Source: Candidatus Lustribacter sp. (lineage in GTDB: Bacteria; Vulcanimicrobiota; Vulcanimicrobiia; Vulcanimicrobiales; Vulcanimicrobiaceae). Taken from it: 64,000 nucleotides of DNA. Both the position numbers and the translations under genes were made by a program. Location of the stretch: contig OZ255842.1 of the NCBI GenBank assembly GCA_965277805.1, forward strand, positions 2,592,001-2,656,000. Direction: 5' to 3'. The notes below the pieces were generated by a model that worked only from the letters and a program-made list of their open reading frames with translations, had not been told where the DNA came from and made no database searches. This document shows, one piece after another, positions 50,633 through 60,278 of the stretch (its first letter is position 1; every line of letters begins with the position of its first letter).

Positions 50633-51481
50633 GTGGACACCGTTTCGGGAGCCGCCACGTCAATCAGCCCTTCGGTTACGACACCGAAGGCAGTAGTGTC
50701 GCGGTCGTTGCCGGGCTGGCTGTACGCGTTGCCGCTGCCCGTCATCCTGATCGCGGCGTGGCAGCTCTCCACCGGCGGAAAATCGTACTCGCTGATTCCG
50801 CCCCCGTCGACCGTCGTGCTGACGGCGTGGGACTACGCCTTCGGCGGCATTCGCAACGATCCGTACAGCGCCACCTTCGCGGCCAACGCGATCGCGAGCA
50901 TCATCCGCGTCTTCTCCGGCTTCTTCGTCGCGATGGCGGTCGCGCTTCCGCTGGGTCTGATTCTCGGCCGGAGCAAGCTCGCGCGCAACATCATCGATCC
51001 GACGCTGCAGTTCTTGCGCCCGATCCCGGTCACCGCATGGCTGCCGCTGACGATGATCCTCTTCGGTCTCGGGCCGCCGGCGACGATCGCGCTGATCGCG
51101 CTCGGCACGTTCTTTCCGATGCTCTTGAACACGGTCGACGGCGTGCGGCTGGTCGAGCCGCGCCTCATCGAAGCCGCCGAGATGCTCGGTACGCCGAAGA
51201 CCGCGATCTTCGCGCGCGTCATTCTGCCTGCGGCGTCGCCGTCGATCTTCACCGGCATCCGCATCGGCTTAGGGCTGGCGTGGGTGCTGCTGGTGGTCGG
51301 CGAGATGACGGGCGTGCCGACCGGACTCGGCGCGAACATCATGGATGCGCGTCAGTTGAGCCGCACCGATCTCGTGATCAGCGGGATGGTGTACATCGGC
51401 ATCCTCGGGTTTCTGAGCGACCGGGTCGTCATGCTGATCGGCCGGCGCGCGCTGTGGTGGAATCCCAGTGCTCGCACCTGA
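50633..51481 (+). CDS. NitT/TauT (SsuC-like) ABC permease
   Basis: LRPIPVTAWLPL, EAAEMLG, AWVLLVVGEM; start approximate. Confidence 0.9.
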   Translation: MDTVSGAATSISPSVTTPKAVVSRSLPGWLYALPLPVILIAAWQLSTGGKSYSLIPPPSTVVLTAWDYAFGGIRNDPYSATFAANAIASIIRVFSGFFVAMAVALPLGLILGRSKLARNIIDPTLQFLRPIPVTAWLPLTMILFGLGPPATIALIALGTFFPMLLNTVDGVRLVEPRLIEAAEMLGTPKTAIFARVILPAASPSIFTGIRIGLGLAWVLLVVGEMTGVPTGLGANIMDARQLSRTDLVISGMVYIGILGFLSDRVVMLIGRRALWWNPSART

Positions 51482-52277
51482 ACTCATCCCGGCGATCGAG
51501 ACGCGCGCGCTCGACAAAACCTACATCTCGCAGAGCCGCGACGGCTCGCTGAGCGAGACGCACGCGCTGAGCGACATCAACATCACCGTCGCGCAGGGCG
51601 AGTTCATCTGCATCATCGGCGCGAGCGGTTGCGGCAAGAGCACGCTGCTGCGCATTGTCGCGGGCTTCGAGACGCTCAGCACCGGGCAGATGCACGTCAT
51701 GGGCAAGACGATCGCCGGGCCCGGTCCCGATCGCGGCATGGTCTTTCAAGATTACGCGCTCTTCCCGTGGCTGAGCGTGGCCCAGAACATCGCCTACGGT
51801 CCGCGCCAAGCGGGCTTACCGAAAGCCGAGATCGCCGAACTGACGGAACGGTATCTCGACATGGTCGGGCTGCAGAAGTTCCGCAACCGCTACCCGCACG
51901 AACTCTCGGGCGGAATGAAGCAGCGCGTTGCGATCGCCCGCGTGCTGGCCAACGATCCCGCCGTGATCTTGATGGACGAACCCTTCGGCGCGCTCGACGC
52001 GATCACGCGCAACGGTTTGCAAGAGAGCTTGCTGCACATTTGGGAAAAGGCGCGCAAGACGATCCTCTTCATCACGCATAGCGTCGACGAAGCGGTCTAT
52101 CTTGCGGATCGGGTCATCGTGCTGAGCCCGCATCCGGGCCGCTTGAAAATGGAAATCCCGATCGACCTGCCGCGCCCGCGCGATATTGCTTCGGTCGACT
52201 TCAACCGCCTCAAACGCGAGATGCTCGACGCGATCGCCCCCGATATTGCGGTAGAAGCGGCCGCGGAGGCATCGTAG
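51468..52277 (+). CDS. NitT/TauT ABC ATP-binding protein
   Basis: GASGCGKST, LSGGMKQR, LMDEPFGALD. Confidence 0.94.
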   Translation: MLAPELIPAIETRALDKTYISQSRDGSLSETHALSDINITVAQGEFICIIGASGCGKSTLLRIVAGFETLSTGQMHVMGKTIAGPGPDRGMVFQDYALFPWLSVAQNIAYGPRQAGLPKAEIAELTERYLDMVGLQKFRNRYPHELSGGMKQRVAIARVLANDPAVILMDEPFGALDAITRNGLQESLLHIWEKARKTILFITHSVDEAVYLADRVIVLSPHPGRLKMEIPIDLPRPRDIASVDFNRLKREMLDAIAPDIAVEAAAEAS

Positions 52278-52285
52278 CCCGCTCG

Positions 52286-53878
52286 CTGGCGATCCGGCTA
52301 GCGATCTTCTTCCTCATCGCCCTGGCGGCGCCGCCGGCGGGTGCCAATCAGGCGCACGTGTTGCGCTACAACTACGATTCTGAAGACCTCGTCCAGCTCA
52401 ACCCGTTTCTGAACACGACCTCGCCCGTCAGCACGCTCTCGGAACTGACGGCGGCGGACCTCGTGCGCTTCGACGCGCACGGCAACGCGATTCCGGAGTT
52501 AGCCACGACGGTGCCGACGCCGGCCAACGGCGGGATCAGCCGCGACGGCCTCACGATCACCTGGCACCTGCGGCACGGTTTGCGCTGGAGCGACGGTGCG
52601 CCGTTGACGGCAGACGACGCCGTCTATACGTTTCGCGTCGCGACCGATCCGGCCAACAACCTTGCCACGCGCGCTCCGTGGGAGAAGCTCACGGCACTCA
52701 CGGCACCCGATCCGTACACGATCGTGTTCCACTTCAAAGCCGCGTATGCGCTGTTTTTGAGCGACTACTTCTCACCGCTCAGCAACTCGTGCATCTTGCC
52801 CCGGCATCTGCTCGGACCGGGCACGGCGATCAACGAGGCCGCCTACAACGCGCTGCCGGCCGGCGCCGGTCCGTTCCGCTATACCGCATTTCATCGCGGC
52901 AACGACGTCGAGCTCGAAGCAAATCCGTACTACTGGCGCGGCCATGCCAAGCTCCAGCGCATCGTCTACAAGATGATCACCGATGACAATACGCTCTACA
53001 CGCAACTGCAAACGGGCGAGATCGATCTCTGGCAGCTGATCAACGGCACCCTCGCGCAGCGCGTGCAAACGCTGCCGGGAAAGGCGATCGCCACGACCTA
53101 CGGCGGTGCGTTGAGCGGGATCTACTTCAACGTCACGCACCCGGTGGTCGCGGATCCGCGCGTGCGTGAGGCGCTGCGCTACGCGACCGATCAGCGCACG
53201 ATGGTCGACAAGGTCGCGCTTGGGAACGGCTCGCCGCAGCGGTCGCTCGTGAGTACCGTGAATCCCGATTACCTGCCGTTGCCGCTGCTGCCGTACGACC
53301 TTGCTCGCGCCGGCGCGCTGCTCGACGCCGCCGGCTGGCGTCCCGGCCCCGATGGAAAACGCTCGAAGAACGGAACGCCGCTCACCATCGATCTCGCCGT
53401 CCCCGCCGGCTATCCGCCGAGCGAAAGCGAAGCGGGTATCCTGAGCGCGGACTGGGGACGCATCGGCGTTCAAGTCGCGATCCATCCGTGGGCGATGTCA
53501 TCGTACTTCGCACCGGCCGAGGCCGGCGGTCCGCTGCGCGGCGGAAAGTTCGACGCCGCGCTGTTCTCACAGGCGAGCGGCGTGCTCTACGTCGGCGTTC
53601 GCAACAACTTGACGTGCGATTCGATTCCGCCGCACGGCTTCAACTTCACGCGCTACTGCAATCCCGCCCTGGACGCGCTGAACGCCCAATACGAAACGTC
53701 CTTCGACCCCGGCCGGCGGAAGGCGATCGCCGGCACGATGCAGCGCATGCTCGATCGCGACGTGCCGGGCATCGTGATCTATCAGCGGCGCTTCTTGTCG
53801 GCATTCGACGCACATCTCACCGGCTTTCATCCCAACCCGTTCAGCAGCTGGGGCGATCCGCTCGACCTCGATATCTAG
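52286..53878 (+). CDS. Family 5 (peptide/nickel) ABC substrate-binding protein; start uncertain
   Basis: LRHGLRWSDGAPLTADD, GAGPF, NPYYW, DPRVREAL; signal-like segment lies upstream of the first canonical start (52358). Confidence 0.87.
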   Translation: MAIRLAIFFLIALAAPPAGANQAHVLRYNYDSEDLVQLNPFLNTTSPVSTLSELTAADLVRFDAHGNAIPELATTVPTPANGGISRDGLTITWHLRHGLRWSDGAPLTADDAVYTFRVATDPANNLATRAPWEKLTALTAPDPYTIVFHFKAAYALFLSDYFSPLSNSCILPRHLLGPGTAINEAAYNALPAGAGPFRYTAFHRGNDVELEANPYYWRGHAKLQRIVYKMITDDNTLYTQLQTGEIDLWQLINGTLAQRVQTLPGKAIATTYGGALSGIYFNVTHPVVADPRVREALRYATDQRTMVDKVALGNGSPQRSLVSTVNPDYLPLPLLPYDLARAGALLDAAGWRPGPDGKRSKNGTPLTIDLAVPAGYPPSESEAGILSADWGRIGVQVAIHPWAMSSYFAPAEAGGPLRGGKFDAALFSQASGVLYVGVRNNLTCDSIPPHGFNFTRYCNPALDALNAQYETSFDPGRRKAIAGTMQRMLDRDVPGIVIYQRRFLSAFDAHLTGFHPNPFSSWGDPLDLDI

Positions 53879-55209
53879 TGCAGCGCCGGCTCGATTGCGC
53901 GGCGCGCGAACGCGGCGAGCGCGCCGTCGGCGAACGCTGGCGCGATCAGCGTGATGCCGATCGGCACGCCGCTCGCATAGCGGCCCGAGGGAATCGCGAT
54001 CGCGCACAGGTCGAAGAAGTTCACGAAGTTCGTGTACGTACCGAGCGTGGCGTTGAGCGCGAGCGGTTCGGCGGCGATTTGCTCGAGCGTGTAGATCGTC
54101 GGCGACGTCGGCACGACCAGCACCGGTGCCCGTTCGAAGATCGTCATCGCGGCGGCGCGCAGTTCGCGGATCCGGTAGCCGGCGCGAAACGCGTCGACCG
54201 CGCTGAAGCGCCGGCCGCCTTCGACGATCGTGCGCGTGACGTCGAGCAGTGCGTCCGGATGCGATGCCGCGAAGTCCCCGAACGCGGCCGTTCGCTCGGC
54301 CACGAACGCCCCGTTGTAAAGTAAGTCCGCCGCTTCATAACAGGCCGTCATGTCGACCGCGACCGGCGTTCCGCCGAACGCTTCGAGTCGCGCAACCGCC
54401 TGTTCGAAGCTGCGCTGCGCCTCGGCGTCACCGCAAAACTTCCGCTGCTCGACGGCAGGTACGGCGAAATCAAAGCGCTCCGGAATTTCCGGCATACCAT
54501 CGCCGCGCTGCCGCGAGAACGCATCGCGGGCATCCAATCCCGCGGCTACGTCGAGAACGGCTTCGGCATCGTCGACGCTGCGCGCGAAGATCGACACGCA
54601 GTCGAGCGAACGGCAAGCCGGCACGACGCCCGCCGCACTGATGATGCCGAACGTCGGTTTGAGACCGACGATGCCGTTGAAGCCCGCCGGCACGCGTCCC
54701 GAACCGGCGGTGTCGGTGCCGAGCGCAAACGTCACGAGCTCGCGCGCGACGGCGACGGCCGAACCCGAACTCGAACCGCCCGGGATGTAGCGCGCATCGT
54801 GCGGATTCTTCGGCACCCCGTAGGGCGAACGCGTACCGACGAGTCCGGTGGCGAACTGATCGAGATTGGTCTTGCCGACGAGAATCGCGCCCGCCGCCTC
54901 GAGCCGCGCCACGGCCGTCGCTGAAAATTCCGGCACGTATGCGAAATCGGGACACGCCGCCGTCGTCGGCATCCCGGCGACGTCGATGTTGTCTTTGACC
55001 GCAAACGGAACGCCGAACAGCGGCAGCGCGCTGCGTTCCGCTGCCGAGCATGCGTCGAGCGCCCGCGCCCGCGCCATGACGGCATCCGGGGGCACGCACG
55101 AGATCCACACCGGATCGTCCGCGTCGATCGCCCCGAGCGTTTTCGCCATGATCTCGCTCGGCGTCGTGCCGTCGGCATATGCGGCGGCGAGCGCGCGCAG
55201 GTCGTTCAA
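53875..55209 (-). CDS. atzF: Allophanate hydrolase (amidase domain only)
   Basis: FAVKDNIDV, GKTNLDQFATGLVGTRSPYG, GGSSSGS, GTDTAGSGRVPA, YTNFVN; TTG start in TTGA overlap. Confidence 0.88.
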   Translation of the reverse strand: MNDLRALAAAYADGTTPSEIMAKTLGAIDADDPVWISCVPPDAVMARARALDACSAAERSALPLFGVPFAVKDNIDVAGMPTTAACPDFAYVPEFSATAVARLEAAGAILVGKTNLDQFATGLVGTRSPYGVPKNPHDARYIPGGSSSGSAVAVARELVTFALGTDTAGSGRVPAGFNGIVGLKPTFGIISAAGVVPACRSLDCVSIFARSVDDAEAVLDVAAGLDARDAFSRQRGDGMPEIPERFDFAVPAVEQRKFCGDAEAQRSFEQAVARLEAFGGTPVAVDMTACYEAADLLYNGAFVAERTAAFGDFAASHPDALLDVTRTIVEGGRRFSAVDAFRAGYRIRELRAAAMTIFERAPVLVVPTSPTIYTLEQIAAEPLALNATLGTYTNFVNFFDLCAIAIPSGRYASGVPIGITLIAPAFADGALAAFARRAIEPALH

Positions 55210-56537
55210 GCGAACACCGGAACGGTGCCGGCGCCGGCGACGCCGCGGCGCTCGAGATCTTCCGCGACCGCGAGCAACATGCTCTCGCTGCCGGGACGGC
55301 CGATCAGTTGCACGCCGAGCGGCAACGCACCGTCCTCGACGATCGGCACCGTGACGACCGGCACGCCGGCGAGCGTGATCGGCTGCGTGAACACGCCGAC
55401 GTTGGGCCGGATCTCCGTTTCGACGCCGCCGATGACGATCGTGCGCTGCCCGATCGCGGTCGCCGGATACGGCGTCGCGGCCGCGACGAGAACGTCGCAG
55501 TCCGCGAACGCTGCGGCAATCTCGGCGCGGAAGAGCGAACGGAAGCGCTGCGCGCGCACGTACCAGCCGGCGGGCATCAGCGCCCCCGCGATCAGCCGGT
55601 CGCGCGTGGCGGGATCGTAATCGGCAGCGTGCCGGCGCAGGCGCGCCGCGTGCAGTTCGCCCGCCTCGGCCGCCGTGATCACGAACGCGGCTTCCCGTGC
55701 TTGGCGCGCGTGCGCGAGTTCGACGATCCGGTTCGCGCCGAGCGCGGCGCAAACAACGTCGACGGCTTGCCGCGCTTCCGGCACGAGCGCCTCATCGAAA
55801 TATCCGCCGAGCCGCGCGCTGCGTACCGCGCCGGCCGGTCCGGCATCATAGCCCGGCGCGAGCGCCGCAAATGCGGCGGTGAGATCGGTCGCCGTGCGCG
55901 CGAACGGCCCGATCGTATCGAGGCTGTTCACGAACGGATAGGCGCCGTGCGTCGAGAGCGTCCCGTACGTGGGCCGGATGCCGAAGATGCCGCAGAGCGC
56001 GGCGGGTACGCGGATCGAGCCGTTGGTGTCGGACGCAAGCGCGAGCGGCACGAGTTCGGCTGCGACCGCGGCGGCCGAACCGCCGGACGAACCGCCCGCG
56101 ATCCGCGTGCGATCGTGGGGATTGTGGGTTGGGCCGTCGTGCGCGTTTTCGGTCACGAAGCCGTAGGCGAACTCATCCATGTTCGTCGCGCCGACCAGGA
56201 TGGCACCGCACCGTTCCAGCGCCGCGACCGCCGCCGCGTCGGCGAGCGCCGGCGGATCACCGGCCGTGACCTTGGCTCCGGCGCGCGTCACGACGCCCGC
56301 AACGTCGAAGAGGTTCTTCGCGGCAAACGGGACGCCGGCGAGCGTGCCCGGATCGCGACCGGCGGCAATCGCAGCATCGATCGCCCGCGCACGGGCCAGT
56401 GCGCGTTCGGCGAAGACGGCCGTAAAGGCATTCAACTCAGGGTCGGCGGCGGTGATGCGGGCCAGCGTGCCCGCAACGACCGCGGCCGCAGTCACCGTCC
56501 CGCCGCGTACCACGCGCGCGATCTCGGCGGCGGTCAT
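55206..56537 (-). CDS. atzE: AtzE-family amidohydrolase (1-carboxybiuret hydrolase/HpxY-like)
   Basis: FAAKNLFDV, NMDEFAYGFVTENAHDG, GGSSGGS, SDTNGSIRVP, YVRAQRFR. Confidence 0.87.
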   Translation of the reverse strand: MTAAEIARVVRGGTVTAAAVVAGTLARITAADPELNAFTAVFAERALARARAIDAAIAAGRDPGTLAGVPFAAKNLFDVAGVVTRAGAKVTAGDPPALADAAAVAALERCGAILVGATNMDEFAYGFVTENAHDGPTHNPHDRTRIAGGSSGGSAAAVAAELVPLALASDTNGSIRVPAALCGIFGIRPTYGTLSTHGAYPFVNSLDTIGPFARTATDLTAAFAALAPGYDAGPAGAVRSARLGGYFDEALVPEARQAVDVVCAALGANRIVELAHARQAREAAFVITAAEAGELHAARLRRHAADYDPATRDRLIAGALMPAGWYVRAQRFRSLFRAEIAAAFADCDVLVAAATPYPATAIGQRTIVIGGVETEIRPNVGVFTQPITLAGVPVVTVPIVEDGALPLGVQLIGRPGSESMLLAVAEDLERRGVAGAGTVPVFA

Positions 56538-56722
56538 GGGACGAACACGCCCGCGACCTCGATATCCAGGCTCAGTTCCACCTCGGCGACGTCGGCAGCG
56601 AATGCGGCGAGCCGCGTCATCGCGGCGATGACGCCGGTGCGATGCTGCGCGTCGAGCGGCATGCCGAGTGCAGCCGCCGCTGCATCCACATATGCAGCTA
56701 TTGCCGGCGAATCATCTGCCAT
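56534..56722 (-). CDS. atzG: AtzG/HpxX-like small subunit (DUF4089)
   Basis: 62 aa, YVDAAAAALGMPL...EVAGVFVP, ATGA-coupled to atzE. Confidence 0.8.
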   Translation of the reverse strand: MADDSPAIAAYVDAAAAALGMPLDAQHRTGVIAAMTRLAAFAADVAEVELSLDIEVAGVFVP

Positions 56723-56837
56723 GTTCGAACCGTTCGCATGAAAACCGCGTGCCGTTCTGTCCAACCGGACAATCGAGGTGTCCCCTACCGCAGCAATCGG
56801 CGAACGGAGACGTGCAGGTTCGACAACATTACCGAAT

Positions 56838-57788
56838 ATGATTACGAATCGCCGCTCGTTCCTATCCGCAGCTGCAGCGGTTACCGCTGCGAGCGCCGTT
56901 CCGCCGATTGCGCGAGCCGCCGATGCGCGCACCGTCAAAGTCGGCATGCTGAAGACCGCCAACTCCGTCGTGGCGCAGTTCTATCAAAAATTTGCCGCGC
57001 CCGGTTATACCTATCAAGTCGTCGTCTTCGATACGCCGCCCGACGGGAAGGACGCAGTCGTCAGCGGCAGCGTCGACTTCGGCATCTTCGGTCTCGCCGC
57101 AGCCACGCTCGGCGCCGCGAGCGGCCAACCCGTCACCGTCGTCGCGGCGGCCGGGGGCAAGGCGATGGCGGTCGTCGTCGATGCCGCGAGCCCAGCTAAA
57201 ACGTTCGCCGACCTCAAGGGCAAGAAGATCGCCTACCAGCCCGGCTCGACGCAAGAAGTCGTCTTGCGCGAACTCATGAAGATGAACTCGATGTCGAACT
57301 CCGACGTGCAACTCGTCCGCTTGAGCTTCGGCGACATGGCGAACGCGCTCGCGCGCGGCGACGTCGACGCATATGTCGGCTCCGAACCCGGCCCCTCGAT
57401 CAACGTGCTCTCGGGCAAGGGCAAGATTCTGCTCTATCCCTACAACACGCCGGTCGGCCAGATCAACGTGACGTTCGCAACGCGTTCCGACCTCGTGGCG
57501 AAACAGCCCGACTACGTGCGCGCGGTCGTGAAGACGCATTGTCAGGCCATGGCCTGGGCCGGCAAACCCAGCAGCCTCGACGAATTCGAAGCCGAGACGA
57601 CGAAGCTGCTCGGCCCGGACAAGAAAACGCTCGACATGGCGATGAAGAACATCACCTTCGACTACATGATCGACGCCGACTATCTCGCGAAAGCGAAGTA
57701 CTACGGTCAGCAGATGATCGCGCTCAAGGAAATCACGCAGGTTCCCGATTACTCGACGTTCATCAATACGTCGTTTCTGCCAAAGTAA
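56838..57788 (+). CDS. NitT/TauT ABC substrate-binding protein (Tat-exported)
   Basis: NRRSFL signal, DLKGKKIA, GDVDAYVGSEP. Confidence 0.88.
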   Translation: MITNRRSFLSAAAAVTAASAVPPIARAADARTVKVGMLKTANSVVAQFYQKFAAPGYTYQVVVFDTPPDGKDAVVSGSVDFGIFGLAAATLGAASGQPVTVVAAAGGKAMAVVVDAASPAKTFADLKGKKIAYQPGSTQEVVLRELMKMNSMSNSDVQLVRLSFGDMANALARGDVDAYVGSEPGPSINVLSGKGKILLYPYNTPVGQINVTFATRSDLVAKQPDYVRAVVKTHCQAMAWAGKPSSLDEFEAETTKLLGPDKKTLDMAMKNITFDYMIDADYLAKAKYYGQQMIALKEITQVPDYSTFINTSFLPK

Positions 57789-57818
57789 ATCGGCGTCGGC
57801 GGCGGGAAGGATGCCCGC

Positions 57819-58484
57819 ATGAAACCCGTCGCCGTCGTCTTCGATCTGTTCGGTACGCTCTTGGATATCGCGTCGCTGCGCGATGCCGCGGCAACGGTCG
57901 CGAGCGATCCGGTCGCGTTCGTCGCAACGTGGCGTGAGAAGCAGATCGCCTACGCCTTTGCGAGCGCGATCATGGGCACGCATGAAGACTTCGATGCGAT
58001 GACCGGACACGGGCTGCGCTTTGCGGCGGCGAAGCACGGCGTCGCGCTCGATGCCGCCGCGCACGCGCGGCTGGTGGCGGCATGGGAGAACGTCAGCGCA
58101 TACCCCGACACGGTGCCGGTGCTGGAGGCGCTCCACAAAGCCGGCGTGCGCAACGCGGTGCTCACCAACGGCACGCCGGCAACGGCCGCGGCCGCGATCG
58201 CGAATGCCGGCATCGCGGACTTGCTGGATGTCACACTGAGCGTCGAATCGGCCGGCGTCTTCAAGCCCGACCGGCGCGTCTACGAACTCGTCACCACCCA
58301 CTACGGCGTGAGCCCCGGCGAACTGATCTTCGTGACGTCGAACGGCTGGGATGCAACGGGTGCGGCGGCCTTCGGCATGCGGGTTGCGTGGTGCAATCGC
58401 ATCGGCGCGCCGGCCGAAACGTTCGGGCCGCCGCCGGCGTGGACGATGCGGGGACTCGCGGAACTCGTCGCGATCGCGAGCTAG
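57819..58484 (+). CDS. Haloacid dehalogenase type II
   Basis: FDLFGTLLD, WREKQ, LTNG, FKPDRRVY, SNGWD. Confidence 0.9.
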   Translation: MKPVAVVFDLFGTLLDIASLRDAAATVASDPVAFVATWREKQIAYAFASAIMGTHEDFDAMTGHGLRFAAAKHGVALDAAAHARLVAAWENVSAYPDTVPVLEALHKAGVRNAVLTNGTPATAAAAIANAGIADLLDVTLSVESAGVFKPDRRVYELVTTHYGVSPGELIFVTSNGWDATGAAAFGMRVAWCNRIGAPAETFGPPPAWTMRGLAELVAIAS

Positions 58485-59248
58485 AAGAACGTCACCGAGG
58501 CGATTCCGAGGCCGGCGATGCGCGTTTCGACCGTATCGCCCGCGGCGACCGGAATCGCGTCGGTAATGGCACCGCTGAGAATCATGTCGCCGGCACCGGC
58601 GCGCAGACCGCGCGCCGCGAGGTGCACGGCCAGCGCCGCGAGCGCGTTGAGCGGATGATCGAGCACATCGGCGGTCGATCCGTGCTGCGCGATGCTGCCG
58701 TTATGGACGAGATCCGCCGGTAGCGCCTCGTACGGCGGCGCGTCACCCACCGCGATCCGCGGTCCGATAACGTAGCCTGCCGATGACGTGTTGTCGGCGA
58801 CGAGTTCGACCGCGGTGCGCGTGCCGGAGCGATAGCGGCTGTCGGTGATTTCGATGGCCGGCGCGATCCACGCGACCGCACGCGCGAGCGCGGCACGGTC
58901 CATCGAGGGATCGATCTCCGCCGCGAGGCCGATCGCGAGTTCGGGTTCGGTGCGTGGCGCGATGAAGCCGGCGAGGTCGACACGCGAACCGCTCGCCCGC
59001 TCGCCGTCGTCGAACATCCGGCCGAAGAGCGGATGCGCGATGCCCATGACGCGCTGCTTGACCGGGCTCGTAATGCCGAGTTTCCAGCCTGACCGCCGCG
59101 CGCCGGCCGCTTCGCGCGCCGCAACGAGCGCATCTTGCGCGGCGTACGCATCGGCGAGAGAGAGCGAGCGCAGGACGTCGGGCGGATCGATCCCGCGGCA
59201 ATCGCGTTGCGCCGCAACCAGACGCGCCGTCAGATCCCCCGAGGTCAT
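58481..59248 (-). CDS. 2-keto-4-pentenoate hydratase/4-oxalocrotonate decarboxylase family (FAH fold)
   Basis: GWKLGITS, PRTEPE, APAIEITDSR, VADN, ILSGA. Confidence 0.85.
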   Translation of the reverse strand: MTSGDLTARLVAAQRDCRGIDPPDVLRSLSLADAYAAQDALVAAREAAGARRSGWKLGITSPVKQRVMGIAHPLFGRMFDDGERASGSRVDLAGFIAPRTEPELAIGLAAEIDPSMDRAALARAVAWIAPAIEITDSRYRSGTRTAVELVADNTSSAGYVIGPRIAVGDAPPYEALPADLVHNGSIAQHGSTADVLDHPLNALAALAVHLAARGLRAGAGDMILSGAITDAIPVAAGDTVETRIAGLGIASVTFF

Positions 59249-59304
59249 GCGCTGAGTTTCGACGGTCCCAGGGAAACCCCGGCGGCGCCGTCGCACACCA
59301 TTTC

Positions 59305-59763
59305 ATGAAACATGTCGCCACAACGCTCGCGGCGGTGCTGCTCGCTTTCGGCGCGGGCTTCGGTGTCGCTCACCTGACCGCACCCGCGGCTGCTGCGCCG
59401 GTGCCGTTCACGGCGCAGGCCGTGGACGTCGGCGCGATCGGTTACGCCGATCTCCCCGCCGCAGCACCCAACAGCCCGCTGCACGTGAAGAACTTCGTGT
59501 CGGACGACGGCGCGACGGTCGACGTGCAGATGGGCCCGGCCGGCAAGCATCTCCATCAGAACGCCGACGAGATCCAGTACGTGGTCGAAGGCACCGGTAC
59601 GGAATGGCTCGGCGACAAACAAGTCGCGCTCAAACCGGGCGTGATGCTGCTGATTCCGCACAACACGCCGCACGGCGGAACGATCGAGACGAGCGGCCAC
59701 GTCAAGCTGGTCGCGATCCACACCCCACCCCTGCAAGCCGGCGAAACCAAACCGCTCCCCTAA
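59305..59763 (+). CDS. Secreted cupin-domain protein
   Basis: Signal peptide; HLHQNADEIQYVVEG and IPHNTPHG cupin motifs. Confidence 0.8.
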   Translation: MKHVATTLAAVLLAFGAGFGVAHLTAPAAAAPVPFTAQAVDVGAIGYADLPAAAPNSPLHVKNFVSDDGATVDVQMGPAGKHLHQNADEIQYVVEGTGTEWLGDKQVALKPGVMLLIPHNTPHGGTIETSGHVKLVAIHTPPLQAGETKPLP

Positions 59764-59764
59764 C

Positions 59765-60100
59765 GTGAAAGACGAACGCGTTCTCGTCTACTCTACCGAC
59801 GGCTCAATGCCGCTGCCGAAGGCGGGCGCGCGCAAACCCGCGCCCGCCGCGCAAAAGAACGCCGTCCCCGATGACGGCACGATCCGCGTCTTCCGCGAAA
59901 AACGCCGCGCCAGCCACGTCACAACGGTCCACGGCCTACTCGCACATGAGACCGACGCCATCGGCAAGGAACTACGCCGCCGCTGCGGCACCGGCGGCAC
60001 CACCAAAAACGGCATCGTCGAACTCCAAGGCGACCACCGCGACACAATCATCGCCTACTTCACCGAACGCAACCGCCGAGTAAAAAAAGCCGGCGGCTAA
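59765..60100 (+). CDS. yciH: SUI1/eIF1-family translation factor
   Basis: LVYSTD, LRRRCGTGGT, VELQGDHR, VKKAGG. Confidence 0.9.
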   Translation: MKDERVLVYSTDGSMPLPKAGARKPAPAAQKNAVPDDGTIRVFREKRRASHVTTVHGLLAHETDAIGKELRRRCGTGGTTKNGIVELQGDHRDTIIAYFTERNRRVKKAGG

Positions 60101-60107
60101 CCCTAAA

Positions 60108-60259
60108 GTCATCCCGAGCAAAGCGCGCCGTTAGGCGCGTCGTCGAGGGACCGCCACGATCCACGCTACCGAGTACGAAGGCACGAGCGCTCGCACTCTA
60201 GCGGCCACGCTTATCTCGCATTCCTCGTCGACGTGCCTTCGGCACTTGCTCGGAATGAC
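60108..60259. repeat. REP/MITE-like element with 14-bp imperfect terminal inverted repeats
   Basis: GTCATCCCGAGCAA ... TTGCTCGGAATGAC (13/14 match), internal hairpins, between convergent genes. Confidence 0.75.
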
Positions 60260-60278
60260 CGTAGACAGACACTCAGAC

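Noticed and set aside
50644-50653. TTCGGGAGCC matching the 3' end of tRNA-Asn as a possible attR
   Set aside because: Only 10 bp, inside the probable permease start, and no integrase; consistent with chance in high-GC DNA
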